From the IMG/VR virus record IMGVR_UViG_3300045988_024953: 42,963 nucleotides of DNA; one strand, given 5' to 3'. Of this stretch, positions 31,240 to 41,634 are shown piece after piece (the stretch's first letter is position 1; each line of letters begins with the position of its first letter). The position numbers and the translations under genes are program-made. The DNA is from a virus. The notes beneath the pieces are model-generated. The model had not been told where the DNA came from. It was given only the letters and a program-made list of their open reading frames with translations, and searched no databases.

Positions 31240-33130
31240 GCGCGCAGCCGCCAGCCTAAATGCTGCTATCTCCGGAGCAATCTCTCACTTTAAGCCGCCG
31301 GAAAATCTAACCGTCGCAGAGTGGGCTGATAAATACCGCCGATTATCTCCGGAAAACTCAGCGGAGGCAGGACCGTGGAGAACATCAAGAACTCCATACC
31401 TTGCCGAACCGATGGCAGCGTTCACGGATCCAAAGATCCACAAGATAGTTATGGTCGCAGCTTCTCAGGTTGGAAAGTCAGAACTCGAGCTGAACATCAT
31501 CGGCTACATTATGGATCAAGATCCCGGCTCTGTTCTTTTTGTGCAGCCGTCCCTGGAGGATGCAAGGAAATTTTCAAGACTTCGAGTTGCTCCGATGATC
31601 AGAGACAGCAAAGTGCTCAAGAACAAAGTCCAGGATGTAAAAGGGAAAGACTCAACCAGTACAGTGCTGCAGAAGTCATTCCCCGGAGGAATGCTAACCA
31701 TCACCGGATCAAACAGTGCCAGCGCACTGGCTTCTACTCCTGCGCGATACATCCTCGGAGACGAGAGAGATCGTTGGGCTATATCGGCAGGCAACGAAGG
31801 AGATCCGTGGGCTCTTGCGGAAGCTCGGCAAGCGACGTTCTACAATGCCAAGGCTGTCGAGGTCTCAACGCCAACCATCAAAGGATATTCAAACATCGAG
31901 GCGAGTTTCTACCAAGGAACTCAGGAACGCTGGTGCCACCAGTGTCCTCATTGCGGAGAGTATTCTGAGATAGTTTTCAGCCGCGTGAAATTTGAACATA
32001 AAGTCATTACTGCGCACGGCAAAAAAATGAATAAAATCGTCGGCCCGATGACCTACGTCTGCCCTGCGTGCGGCTGCATCTCAACAGAAGCAGAAATGAG
32101 AAAGCAACCAGCCAAATGGATTGCCAACAATCCGGAAGCATACAGCACCGGCGTGAGATCCTTCTGGCTGAGTGCCTTCGCATCACCATGGACTCCATGG
32201 AGTAAAATCGCGACAAAGTTCCTGGACGCCCAAGGCGATCCGGAACGACTCAAGGTAGTGTGCAACACACTTCTCGGAGAGCTCTGGGAAGATCGTGGAG
32301 AAATTCAAGACGAGGACTCAATGCTCAGTCGACGCGAAGCCTATCCGGCCGAGCTGCCTGACGGAGTTCTCTGTCTAACGTGTGGCGTCGACACTCAGGA
32401 CAATCGTCTCGAGTATGAGGTTGTCGGCCATGGAAAGGGAGGCGCTACCTGGGGCATAAAGAAAGGGTACATCATGGGGCGCCCTGATACCGAGGAAGTC
32501 TGGGAGCGGCTGGATGACGTGATCGATCATGTCTACCACTACAACAGCGGCAAAGGACTCAAGATCTCCATCACATGCGTGGACTCTGGCGGCCATTTTA
32601 CTCAGGAAGTATATGCGCAGTGCCGCAAACGATTGACGAAGCGAGTCTTTGCCATCAAGGGAAAAGGTGGCGAGGGCATACCGTTCATAAGTCCACCTTC
32701 AAGGGTGGCCATAAAGGACAACAAAAAAATAACCTGCTGGCTATACACCATCGGAGTCGATGCTGGAAAGAGTGCAATCATGAGCGCCCTCAAAGTTATG
32801 GATAGCGATGGAGAGACAAAGTTCTGCCACTTCCCTCTCGGAGAAGAAAGGGGATACGACGCAAACTTCTTCAATGGGCTACTGTCTGAGCGCATGGTGC
32901 TCTCGAGAACGCGCCGAGGCAACAGATGGGCGTGGGAAAAGCTCCCAGGACACGAGCGAAACGAAGCCCTCGACTGCCGCAATTATGCAATGGCTGGCTT
33001 CCGCATTATCGATCCTGATCTTGATGCAATCGAAAGACGCCTCAAGGGATTGGATGAACCGAAGCGCCCAGAACCAGCTCCAAAACCTAAAAGAAAAAAA
33101 CGACGCGATCTATATGATGGCGACTGGTAG
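31223..33130 (+). CDS. terL: Terminase large subunit, lambda GpA family
   Basis: 635 aa. AEWADKYRRLS...GPWRTSRTPYLAEPM...VGKSE (Walker A-like) pattern of Terminase_GpA. Confidence 0.9.
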   Translation: MATTSKRAAASLNAAISGAISHFKPPENLTVAEWADKYRRLSPENSAEAGPWRTSRTPYLAEPMAAFTDPKIHKIVMVAASQVGKSELELNIIGYIMDQDPGSVLFVQPSLEDARKFSRLRVAPMIRDSKVLKNKVQDVKGKDSTSTVLQKSFPGGMLTITGSNSASALASTPARYILGDERDRWAISAGNEGDPWALAEARQATFYNAKAVEVSTPTIKGYSNIEASFYQGTQERWCHQCPHCGEYSEIVFSRVKFEHKVITAHGKKMNKIVGPMTYVCPACGCISTEAEMRKQPAKWIANNPEAYSTGVRSFWLSAFASPWTPWSKIATKFLDAQGDPERLKVVCNTLLGELWEDRGEIQDEDSMLSRREAYPAELPDGVLCLTCGVDTQDNRLEYEVVGHGKGGATWGIKKGYIMGRPDTEEVWERLDDVIDHVYHYNSGKGLKISITCVDSGGHFTQEVYAQCRKRLTKRVFAIKGKGGEGIPFISPPSRVAIKDNKKITCWLYTIGVDAGKSAIMSALKVMDSDGETKFCHFPLGEERGYDANFFNGLLSERMVLSRTRRGNRWAWEKLPGHERNEALDCRNYAMAGFRIIDPDLDAIERRLKGLDEPKRPEPAPKPKRKKRRDLYDGDW

Positions 33131-33139
33131 GAGGAAACC

Positions 33140-33388
33140 ATGACACAGGAAACAAAGAAGAAAAAAATTGAAGATCTCACGGAACGCCTCCAACTCTACA
33201 AAGACCGTGAAAAGGTGATGCTCACCGGCGGCGTGCAGTCTTATGGCGTAGGATCAAGAAATGCCACAAGATACAACACGGATCTGGCAGAGGTACGCAG
33301 AGCAATCAATGAACTCCAGGAGCAAATTGACACGCTCTCCTCTGCTTCTCCGCGCAAAGCCATGGGAGTCATCCCTCGCGACTGGTAG
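33140..33388 (+). CDS. Head-tail joining protein gpW-like
   Basis: 82 aa located between terL and the portal as in lambda. Helical, with the segment GVGSRNATRYNTDLAEVRRAINEL. Confidence 0.55.
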   Translation: MTQETKKKKIEDLTERLQLYKDREKVMLTGGVQSYGVGSRNATRYNTDLAEVRRAINELQEQIDTLSSASPRKAMGVIPRDW

Positions 33389-33398
33389 GAGGTACAAG

Positions 33399-34952
33399 AT
33401 GGATAACACAAACAACATCGAAGTCGATCGCCCTGGCGGCAAAGCCGAGACAGTGAGCAACTATGGATATGGCGACGCTGGAGCCAGCTGGAAAAAGCGA
33501 GCCCTCAAGTCTTTTCTGGCAAACAGTTCGAGCTCTCATGAGGACATCGACTGGAACAACTACACACTGCGCCAGAGAGCCAGGATGCTCTATATGGCGG
33601 CGCCGCTTGCAACATCGGCGATAAAAACCAACCGAACAAACGTGATCGGCTGCGGGTTGCGATTGAAAGCAAAACCAAACGCCGAACTCCTGGGAATAAC
33701 TCAAGAGCAGGCAGACGCCTGGGAAGCCCGCACAGAAGCAGAGTTTGACCTCTGGGCGAGAAAAAAACAATCATGTGACGCCACTGGAGTCAATGATTTT
33801 TACAGCTTGCAGCAGCTTGCACTCATGTCGTGGTTGCTGTCTGGTGATGTTTTTGTTGTTTTGAAACACGAAAGCACGACACCGATCTGCCCGTACTCTC
33901 TTCGGCTTCACATTATCGAGGCTGACAGAATAAGCACACCGGCACCAAACGGCTCTTTGATGCTTACAATGACAGAGGGCACGGCGGAAAATGGCAACCG
34001 CATATATGACGGCGTTGAGGTTGATGCGAATGGGAAAATTGTGGCTTACTACATCTGCAACAATTATCCGAACCAGCTCAGACTCGCAGCGAACAACTGG
34101 CAGCGTGTTGAGGCGTATGGAGAGTTGACCGGTCTCCCGAACATTTTGCAAATCATGGACTCGGAACGCCCGGAGCAATACAGAGGCGTCAGCTACCTCG
34201 CGCAAGTCATCGAGCCGATGCTGCAAATGAGACGCTATACAGAGAGCGAGCTCACCGCCGCACTCATTGAGAGCTTTTTCACCGCATTTGTAACTACTCA
34301 AGACGATCCGGGTGAAATGCCGTTTAACGAAGCGGGAAAGCCAGAGATCCCGCACGACAACGACGAGTACGAAATGGGCCCCGGCCAGATCAATATTATG
34401 AAACCTGGCGAGGACATCAAGTTTGGAGCTCCGAACAGACCAAGCTCCGGTTTTGACGGCTTCATCAGGGCGTTGTGCGAACAGTGTGGCGCCGCTCTTG
34501 AAATACCGGCAGACCTTTTACTCAAGGCGTTCAACGCTTCGTACAGCGCAAGCCGCGCCGCGCTCCTGGAAGCATGGAAAGCGTTCAAGATGCGCCGCGA
34601 ATGGTTTGTCTCGGACTTCTGCAAGCCGGTCTACGAAGTGTGGCTATGTGAAGCAGTTGCCCGCGGTAGGATCCAGGCTCCTGGCTTCTTTAACGATCCG
34701 ATGATCAGAGAAGCGTGGCTCGGAAGCGAATGGATCGGACCATCCCAGGGACAGCTTGATCCTACAAAAGAGATCGAGGCAGAAATCAAAGCGGTTGAGC
34801 ATGGTTTCTCTACACATGAACAGAGCACGATCAAACTCAACGGCGGACAGTGGAACGCCAACATTGCACAGCTGGCAGTGGAAAATAAGAAAATTGCAGA
34901 GGCAACAGCTGCAGCTCAACCACAGCAAACACCAACACCCAAGGAGGAGTAA
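33399..34952 (+). CDS. Portal protein, lambda family
   Basis: AGGAGG before the ATG at 33399. 517 aa. Synteny with a GpA-type terminase and gpW. Confidence 0.85.
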   Translation: MDNTNNIEVDRPGGKAETVSNYGYGDAGASWKKRALKSFLANSSSSHEDIDWNNYTLRQRARMLYMAAPLATSAIKTNRTNVIGCGLRLKAKPNAELLGITQEQADAWEARTEAEFDLWARKKQSCDATGVNDFYSLQQLALMSWLLSGDVFVVLKHESTTPICPYSLRLHIIEADRISTPAPNGSLMLTMTEGTAENGNRIYDGVEVDANGKIVAYYICNNYPNQLRLAANNWQRVEAYGELTGLPNILQIMDSERPEQYRGVSYLAQVIEPMLQMRRYTESELTAALIESFFTAFVTTQDDPGEMPFNEAGKPEIPHDNDEYEMGPGQINIMKPGEDIKFGAPNRPSSGFDGFIRALCEQCGAALEIPADLLLKAFNASYSASRAALLEAWKAFKMRREWFVSDFCKPVYEVWLCEAVARGRIQAPGFFNDPMIREAWLGSEWIGPSQGQLDPTKEIEAEIKAVEHGFSTHEQSTIKLNGGQWNANIAQLAVENKKIAEATAAAQPQQTPTPKEE

Positions 34953-36212
34953 ATGATGAAGAAAAACAACATCCGAGTCCTTGCTGGTCCTGCTCCATCT
35001 GCATCTGGAACGGCTCAACCATTCTGGAACATTGCGCAGAACACTGAGGACGATGCCGAGATCACAATCTACGGCGAAATTGTAGCCCACAGACCGACGA
35101 ACTGGTTGACCGGAGAACCGGAGGACGGACTTTTCACAAGCCCGGAGGGCTTCCTGGACGATCTCAACAAGATCCAGAACGCCCAAAACGTCACCGTCAG
35201 GATCAACTCAGTCGGAGGCGACTTATACACTGCTATCGGAATTGCCAACAGACTCAAGGAACTGGCAGGCAACACTGTGGCAATTATCGACGGAATTGCA
35301 GCCAGTGCTGCTACTGTCATTGCCATGGGATGCAACACCATCCGAGCATATTCTGGCAGCTTATTCATGGTGCATGAAGCTCTTACAACTTTATGCGGTG
35401 CCTATAATCACAAGGCACTCATGGAAGCAGACAAAAGATTGCAGGCGGCAAATGCTGCGGCTGCCGAAATGTACGACGCAAAGACCAAGCTCGGCGTTGA
35501 TAAAATACGCAGCATTATGGCGAAAGAGTCCTGGATGACCGGAAAAGCCGCGAAAGCTGACGGATGGATTGACGAAGTAATTGACGGAGAAGATCCTGAA
35601 ATGAGCCTCAGCAAAGACAAGGCAATGATGACAGTCAACGGCATCACCATGAATGTCAAAGGCTTTTCTGCTTTACCAGGAAACATTCCAATCCAAAAAA
35701 GTGCACAACAGCCAACGGTCCCACCTGCACCGGCACCGACAGCTGATAATGCAAATAAACCAATCACATCCAACGAAGGAGGTATTACAACCATGACTGT
35801 TGAAGAAATCAGACAGCAGCACCCTGACATCGTGCAGCAGATTGAAGCATCGGCTCAGGAGTCTGCAAGAACACAGGCTATCCAGGACGAGCGCTCTCGT
35901 CTCCAGGCTATCCAGGAGATTGCACCAACCATCGGCGACACTCAGATGGTAAACGACGCAATGTATGGAGAACACGCTTGCACCGCTCAGGAACTTGCGC
36001 TCCGTGCTTTACAGAAGCAGGCACAGATGGGTGCTCAGCACATTGCGAACCAGACAACAGACTTCCAGGCTTCTGGAGCTTCTGGAGTAAGTGCCACACC
36101 AAACAACGGAAACCCTGCTCCAGATGCAGGTGGAAAAGCTGGCGAGGAAGAAATGAGCGAGGCTGACGCCATCGCAATGATCACCGGCCAGACTACAAAG
36201 AAGGAGGACTAA
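34953..36212 (+). CDS. Head maturation protease (ClpP/S49 family) with a C-terminal scaffold-like region
   Basis: INSVGGDLYTAIGIANRL...IDGIAASAATVIAMG active-site-region pattern. Gln/Ala-rich C-terminus. Confidence 0.8.
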   Translation: MMKKNNIRVLAGPAPSASGTAQPFWNIAQNTEDDAEITIYGEIVAHRPTNWLTGEPEDGLFTSPEGFLDDLNKIQNAQNVTVRINSVGGDLYTAIGIANRLKELAGNTVAIIDGIAASAATVIAMGCNTIRAYSGSLFMVHEALTTLCGAYNHKALMEADKRLQAANAAAAEMYDAKTKLGVDKIRSIMAKESWMTGKAAKADGWIDEVIDGEDPEMSLSKDKAMMTVNGITMNVKGFSALPGNIPIQKSAQQPTVPPAPAPTADNANKPITSNEGGITTMTVEEIRQQHPDIVQQIEASAQESARTQAIQDERSRLQAIQEIAPTIGDTQMVNDAMYGEHACTAQELALRALQKQAQMGAQHIANQTTDFQASGASGVSATPNNGNPAPDAGGKAGEEEMSEADAIAMITGQTTKKED

Positions 36213-36216
36213 GACC

Positions 36217-36591
36217 ATGAGAAATGACGAAACTATGGGAACATTCGAGTACGACGGCTTAATCATTGACGGATCCCACTCTCTCGATGTCAAGGGCATC
36301 ACTATTGCATCGGGCCAGGGAAAACTCCAGCGCGGCACTGTTCTCGCGATCGGAGCAGACAAGAAGGCGGTCATCCTCGGAACCAAAGATAGCACCCCTG
36401 CCCTCTACCCTGCCGACTGCATCCTCACTGACGACGTAGATGCCACAAGCGCAGACGTCTACACAACAGCATACCAGAGCGGCAAATTTAACAAGGGAGC
36501 TCTTATTGTTAAGAGCGACTACAAACTTGCAGACACAGACATCGACACACTCAGAACGAAGGGCATCTTCGTCGAGAGCGTAATGGAATAA
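36217..36591 (+). CDS. Head decoration protein (gpD-like)
   Basis: 124 aa located between the protease and the capsid gene. GTVLAIG...AYQSGKFNKGAL pattern of the HDPD family. Confidence 0.6.
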   Translation: MRNDETMGTFEYDGLIIDGSHSLDVKGITIASGQGKLQRGTVLAIGADKKAVILGTKDSTPALYPADCILTDDVDATSADVYTTAYQSGKFNKGALIVKSDYKLADTDIDTLRTKGIFVESVME

Positions 36592-36606
36592 AGGAGGGAC
36601 CAGACT

Positions 36607-37677
36607 ATGCCAGTACCAGTAATTTACAGAACCATGACTATGATCGGCGCCATCCAGGCACTTCCGACTCATAGAACATTCTTACGCGACAGATACTTCC
36701 CTTGCACTCCTGCGACCGACATGTTTCCGACAGAGGAGGTACTCATTGAGTACAGAGACGGAAACAAAAAGATCGCACCGGTTGTTGCTCCGAGAAAAGG
36801 CGGCGTAACTATTAAAAGAGAAGGCTATACAACAAGACGATATGCGCCACCTCTCGTAGCTCCAAAGAGAGGACTCACGATCGACGACCTCAACAAGAGA
36901 GGCTTCGGCGAAGATTTATACAGCCAGATCACCCCTGAGCAGAGAGAAGCCCAGGTGCTCGGTAACGACTTGACAGAACTCAGCACAATGATCGATGGCC
37001 GCGAGGAGTACATGGCAGCGAGCGCGATGCTCAACAACGGCTATGTGTTAAAGCAGTACGCCGACGACTACGGTGAGAAGTATGAGGAATTTGAGCTCTT
37101 TTTCTATGACGGAGAAAGCGACGACTCCAAGTACACACCATCCGGTCATTGGACTGATGTAGATTATGACATCATCGGAGATTTTCGTGCAATGATCAGA
37201 CTACTCACAAGCAAGGGACTTCCTGCGGAGGATGCTGTATTTTCTCCGGATGTAACAGACTACATCATTAAAAACAAAGCGATCAAAGAGCTGCTCGACA
37301 TCAGAAATGTAAATATCGGAACTATTGCGCCGATCGAGCTCCCTGATGGCGCCAGCCGCATCGGCGTGATCAATATCGACGGCCATGACATTAACCTCAT
37401 TAGCTACGACGAGCAGTATGAGGACGAGAATGGAGAGCTCCAGTATTTCATGGGCGAAGGCAATGTAGTCCTCACAGCTCCGGCATCCGGACGCTCTCTC
37501 TATGGAGCAGTGTCTCAGCTTGAGCAGTCTGACGGACGCTTCCACACTTACATGGCCAATCGCGTGCCTAAGTACACCGCAGACGCAGAGGCAGAAACCA
37601 GAACACTCAAAGTGTCAGCGAAGCCTCTCCCTATTCCTAAGAACAAAAACGCATGGATCCATGCAAAGGTAAAATAA
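36607..37677 (+). CDS. Major capsid protein, lambda gpE family
   Basis: 356 aa. N-terminal FLRDRYFP...EEVLIEY pattern parallels gpE. Synteny supports the call. Confidence 0.8.
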   Translation: MPVPVIYRTMTMIGAIQALPTHRTFLRDRYFPCTPATDMFPTEEVLIEYRDGNKKIAPVVAPRKGGVTIKREGYTTRRYAPPLVAPKRGLTIDDLNKRGFGEDLYSQITPEQREAQVLGNDLTELSTMIDGREEYMAASAMLNNGYVLKQYADDYGEKYEEFELFFYDGESDDSKYTPSGHWTDVDYDIIGDFRAMIRLLTSKGLPAEDAVFSPDVTDYIIKNKAIKELLDIRNVNIGTIAPIELPDGASRIGVINIDGHDINLISYDEQYEDENGELQYFMGEGNVVLTAPASGRSLYGAVSQLEQSDGRFHTYMANRVPKYTADAEAETRTLKVSAKPLPIPKNKNAWIHAKVK

Positions 37678-37693
37678 AAAGGAGGACACCAAC

Positions 37694-38080
37694 ATGATCA
37701 AGATTATCAACGGCACATACGGCTACCGCAACAGCGACGGCCACGTCGAAGCCAAAACACCAAAGTCAAAGCCTTTTTCTCTTTCTGATGAGCGCGAGGC
37801 CGAACTTGTTGACGCCGGTGTTGCTGAATATGTAAACGGAGCACCAGCCACCTCAGAAGATAACCGCGATAAGGTCAACGGTGACATGACCGTGAAAGAG
37901 CTCACTGCTATCGCCCAGGAACTCGGGGCGGACGTACCAAAGAAAGCAACAAAGGCTCAGCTTCTCGAAATTATCGAAAAGGCTCAGCATGAAAGCCAGG
38001 TCAACGATGAGGACGATGAGGATGACGACGGAGATCCGGATGGTGACGCTCCGGCTCCCTCCGCTCAGATGCCTGAATAA
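37694..38080 (+). CDS. Hypothetical head-associated protein with a HeH/Rho-N-like motif and acidic tail
   Basis: TVKELTAIAQELGADVPKKATKAQLLEIIEK followed by a DEDDEDDDGD tail. Confidence 0.45.
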   Translation: MIKIINGTYGYRNSDGHVEAKTPKSKPFSLSDEREAELVDAGVAEYVNGAPATSEDNRDKVNGDMTVKELTAIAQELGADVPKKATKAQLLEIIEKAQHESQVNDEDDEDDDGDPDGDAPAPSAQMPE

Positions 38081-38397
38081 TGACATTAAAGGAGCAAATG
38101 GCTGGAGACGTCGCTGATCTCTTTTTCATGCTGAAGGACTTCGGAGAAACCCACAAGATTGAAGGAAAACCGGTTGACATTGTGGTTGATAATGACGAGC
38201 TGGTGAAGTTAAAAACCGGCCAGATTGTCGGGACTTCGGAGGCTGATCTCTTGTTTTATGCAAGAACGGGCGATCTTCCAGAGCGAAAAGCGCCGGGCTC
38301 CTTCCTCAACTACGACAGACGCGAGTGCATTATTATCGACTGGGTGGAAAACGCCGGAGTCTCATGCATCTTGCTTCACCAAAATAGAACAGTTTAG
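38080..38397 (+). CDS. Head-tail attachment protein (gpFII-like)
   Basis: 105 aa. The pattern of conserved hydrophobic residues resembles gpFII. Position after the capsid gene fits. Confidence 0.4.
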   Translation: MTLKEQMAGDVADLFFMLKDFGETHKIEGKPVDIVVDNDELVKLKTGQIVGTSEADLLFYARTGDLPERKAPGSFLNYDRRECIIIDWVENAGVSCILLHQNRTV

Positions 38398-38408
38398 GAG
38401 GCAACTGG

Positions 38409-39038
38409 ATGACTACTAAAAAAATAATTGAAGGCATCACAGACTGGGTGCAGGAAGCGATCTGCGGCAAGATTGAGCTCAAAGTCCCGGATGATAATGC
38501 AAACGATGATGGTTATAACATCAAAAGAGTTCACCCGGCTGCCTTCCCGCTGTACCTACCGGCAAAAGACCGGATACCACCCGGCATCGTTGCGCCGATC
38601 CCTTCGATCACAGTGCAAATGATGGAAGGCAGCGACAACATAAAAGACAAAGAAAGAAAAATGAAGATCCGACTCTGCCTGGCTACATGGAACCCAGGGA
38701 AACACTCAGGAGAAACCATGATACCAACAGAAAACCCGAACGCTCTGGGAGGGTATTCATACACCCAGGAGTCAACAACCGAGGAAATGTACCAGAGAAA
38801 TGGAGACGGATGGAAAGACCTCTACAACTTCCAAGATGTTGCACTCTCTGCTCTTGAGAGTACGCAGTTTATAGCTGGCGCACGAATATCTCAAGACGAT
38901 CCGGTCAATTATGGTCCTTTTATAGAGGACGGAACAATCTGGGACTACTATCCATACTGGCACGGTTGGATCAGTTTCACAATTATATGCGGCACCGGCA
39001 TGAAAACGCCGGACACTGTTCGTGAATTATTAGACTAA
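38409..39038 (+). CDS. Hypothetical tail completion/terminator-like protein
   Basis: 209 aa immediately upstream of the sheath gene, with an AGGAGG RBS. Confidence 0.4.
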   Translation: MTTKKIIEGITDWVQEAICGKIELKVPDDNANDDGYNIKRVHPAAFPLYLPAKDRIPPGIVAPIPSITVQMMEGSDNIKDKERKMKIRLCLATWNPGKHSGETMIPTENPNALGGYSYTQESTTEEMYQRNGDGWKDLYNFQDVALSALESTQFIAGARISQDDPVNYGPFIEDGTIWDYYPYWHGWISFTIICGTGMKTPDTVRELLD

Positions 39039-39051
39039 AGGAGGAAAAACC

Positions 39052-40539
39052 ATGGCATACAAACATGGAGCATACGGCGAAAGAGTAAGCTCGAAAACGA
39101 GAAGCGCCAGCCAGGTGGAAGAAAACCTGGTATATTTTGGCGTTGCTCCGATCAACTTGATCCGAGGCTACGATGACGCCGGTCTCATAAACACTCCGGT
39201 CCGATTGAGAAATCTGGGAGAAGCTCAGAGCAAAATCGGATATTCGGAAAACTGGGACAGCTTTTCGTTGTGTGAAGTTGTGGACTACCACTTCAACAAT
39301 ACAGTAGAAAATGCTGGACCGATTTATATCATCAATGTTTTGGATCCCGACACACACAGAAAGAAAACCCAGACAACCAAGTCTGTCGGTTTTTCAAACG
39401 GTAAGGGAACATTCAACAGCGACACGATCATCCTCGACACTCTTGCGATTGCAGATAAAACCGAGGGCGTTGATTACTCTCTCGAGTACAACTTTACAGC
39501 TGGCGCTGTGACGATCACCTCACTGATTGACACGGATCCCCTCAAGGACGATGTCGATGTGACATTCTACGAAGTAGACACCAGCATGATCGAAGCGGCG
39601 GACATCATTGGTCAGAAATCACAGAGCGGAACATACTCGGGTATTGCCGCTATCGCTCTTTTATATATGCGTGAAAATGCGGTACCGAACATTCTGGCAG
39701 CACCAGGATGGTCTCACATTCCTGCAGTATATCGCGCATTGTGCTCAGCCGCACAGAAGATCAACGGCCACTGGGATGCCTTCGTCAATGCAGACATTCC
39801 GCTCACCGATAACGGAACTGAGGTAGACACAATCGCCAAGGCAAAGAACTGGGCCGAAAAGAACGGATACACCTCGGCAATTTCTAAGGTGTACTGGCCA
39901 CAGATTAGAAACGGCGAAAAGGTCTACCACCTATCAACTGTCGGATCTCACACCATGCTCTGCGTTGATGGATCTCACCAGGGAGTGCCTTCTGGTATTC
40001 CTTTTGAGAGCCCGTCAAACAAAGAAATCATGGCAACCGACCAGTATTTTGGAGAAAACTCTGAAAACCAGGGGTTTGACCAGACCGATGGCAATGACCT
40101 CAACGAGCGCGGTATTACTACCGCCGTATGGTGGGATGGTTCCTGGAAACTCTGGGGACCTCATACGGCAGCTTATAAATATAACGGATCAATGGATGCC
40201 TCTGCTATTTTTGACACAAACATGCGTATGCTCATGTATGTGACGAATGGCTTCCAGAAAAGAAACGGAACAACCATTGACTCGCCAATGACTCCGAACG
40301 ACAAAGACAGCGTTGTGCGAAGCGAGCAGGAAGAACTTGACACGCTTGTCGGATATGGTGCATTGATCGGCAACCCGGAGGTGCTTTTCCTGGAAAGTGA
40401 CAACCCGACCAGCGACATGCTGAACGGTGACTTTGTGTGGGATATGCTGGCAACGCCTACGCCTCCTAAGAAATCAGCAACCGCCCGTGTGGCATACACA
40501 GACGAGGGCTTCAACGCATTTTTTGGAGGTGAAAGCTAA
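39052..40539 (+). CDS. Tail sheath protein
   Basis: 495 aa. Start MAYKHGAYGE.... Followed by tube, chaperone and TMP as in PBSX-like contractile tails. Confidence 0.85.
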   Translation: MAYKHGAYGERVSSKTRSASQVEENLVYFGVAPINLIRGYDDAGLINTPVRLRNLGEAQSKIGYSENWDSFSLCEVVDYHFNNTVENAGPIYIINVLDPDTHRKKTQTTKSVGFSNGKGTFNSDTIILDTLAIADKTEGVDYSLEYNFTAGAVTITSLIDTDPLKDDVDVTFYEVDTSMIEAADIIGQKSQSGTYSGIAAIALLYMRENAVPNILAAPGWSHIPAVYRALCSAAQKINGHWDAFVNADIPLTDNGTEVDTIAKAKNWAEKNGYTSAISKVYWPQIRNGEKVYHLSTVGSHTMLCVDGSHQGVPSGIPFESPSNKEIMATDQYFGENSENQGFDQTDGNDLNERGITTAVWWDGSWKLWGPHTAAYKYNGSMDASAIFDTNMRMLMYVTNGFQKRNGTTIDSPMTPNDKDSVVRSEQEELDTLVGYGALIGNPEVLFLESDNPTSDMLNGDFVWDMLATPTPPKKSATARVAYTDEGFNAFFGGES

Positions 40540-41036
40540 TGGATAAAAACGCTGCTGTAATTGCTGACGTCATGCTTATCAACAAGAAAAAGGCTGCGGA
40601 GGATGTAACTTTCGAGCTTCCTTCCGTTGCTTTTCAGACTGCTGACGTTGCTGCAATGGGTACACTCTCGATCCCACTGGTCGGCCTGCTTGATGACATG
40701 ACCATGACGATCACAAAAGTGGGTGTTGACAAAGGCTACGGCACAATGATCACACCCGAAAAACTTGCGATAGAGTTCAGATGGGTGCAGGATGTCGTCA
40801 ATGGCGACGGATCTGTCACACACAAGGGCTGCAAGGCGTTTATCAACGCGATCCCTCAGGAGATCCCGAGTCTCTCGGTAGAAATCGGATCGTCCACAGA
40901 GGCGCAGCCTACTTATACAGTCACCAGATACCAGCTTGTTGTCGATGGAAAAGAGACGCTCCTGGTTGATAGATTAAACCGCAAACTCAAGGTAAACGGC
41001 AAGGACTACATGAGCAGCATCAACAAATTGCTGTAA
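40539..41036 (+). CDS. Tail tube protein (XkdM-like)
   Basis: 165 aa. TAATG coupling to the sheath gene. Synteny supports the call. Confidence 0.75.
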   Translation: MDKNAAVIADVMLINKKKAAEDVTFELPSVAFQTADVAAMGTLSIPLVGLLDDMTMTITKVGVDKGYGTMITPEKLAIEFRWVQDVVNGDGSVTHKGCKAFINAIPQEIPSLSVEIGSSTEAQPTYTVTRYQLVVDGKETLLVDRLNRKLKVNGKDYMSSINKLL

Positions 41037-41061
41037 TACACACCCACAACTAAAAAGCAAA

Positions 41062-41091
41062 GAGCTCCAGGGACTCCCGGGGCTCTTTTTG
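41062..41091 (+). terminator. Rho-independent terminator/attenuator after sheath-tube
   Basis: gagctccagg...cccggggctc stem with one mismatch and one G-U pair, followed by ttttt. Confidence 0.55.
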
Positions 41092-41108
41092 ATTAAGGAG
41101 GACACAAA

Positions 41109-41513
41109 ATGAACGGAACAATCGAATTAAAAAAAGCCATCATGATCAACGACAAGAAAGTCCAGAAGTTAAAGTACGACACGGACGAGATCACAAGTGA
41201 ACTTTTTGCGGAAGCAGAAAGCAAGAAAATGAAAGCATCCGGCTCCAAGGGCGGAAACCTCTCCGGAGCGATGGAACTTGACTACGGTCTCCATTTGTAT
41301 CTCGGCTTCGCTTCTATCATTGCAGTGAATGGCGACTACGCATTTGAGGATCTTGAGCGCGTAAAAGGTCCCGACCTGATCCAGATCACAAAGGTGGGAA
41401 GAAATTTTTTAATTGCATCGGGCGCATCAGCGGACGACAACTCAGACGAGCAATCAGAGACTACGCCAGATGCTTCCACACCTCAGTCTGCGACATCGAA
41501 AAAAGAAGATTAA
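41109..41513 (+). CDS. Tail assembly chaperone (G-like, XkdN-like)
   Basis: 134 aa located between the tube and TMP genes. Acidic C-terminus. It ends just after an A6 slippery run. Confidence 0.7.
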   Translation: MNGTIELKKAIMINDKKVQKLKYDTDEITSELFAEAESKKMKASGSKGGNLSGAMELDYGLHLYLGFASIIAVNGDYAFEDLERVKGPDLIQITKVGRNFLIASGASADDNSDEQSETTPDASTPQSATSKKED

Positions 41514-41629
41514 CACAATTTATCATAGAGTACGCCGAGGCAGCGGAGGATCTTGCAGCTGAAAAGAAACGCCAGGAAAAGAACCGACCGCAACCTCGCA
41601 AGGTAAGTAGAAGCCACAGGAGGAGGTGA
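41109..41629 (+). CDS. Tail assembly chaperone -1 frameshift product (G-T-like)
   Basis: A6G at 41499-41505. The -1 frame stays open and reads KRRLTQFIIEYAEAAEDLAAEKKRQEKNRPQPRKVSRSHRRR, with a stop at 41627-41629 just before the TMP start. Confidence 0.55.
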
Positions 41630-41634
41630 TCGGT

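Noticed and set aside
31375-31968. 197-aa alternative-frame ORF inside terL
   Set aside because: It lies entirely within the strongly supported GpA-family terminase gene and gives an Arg/Ser-rich translation with no RBS.
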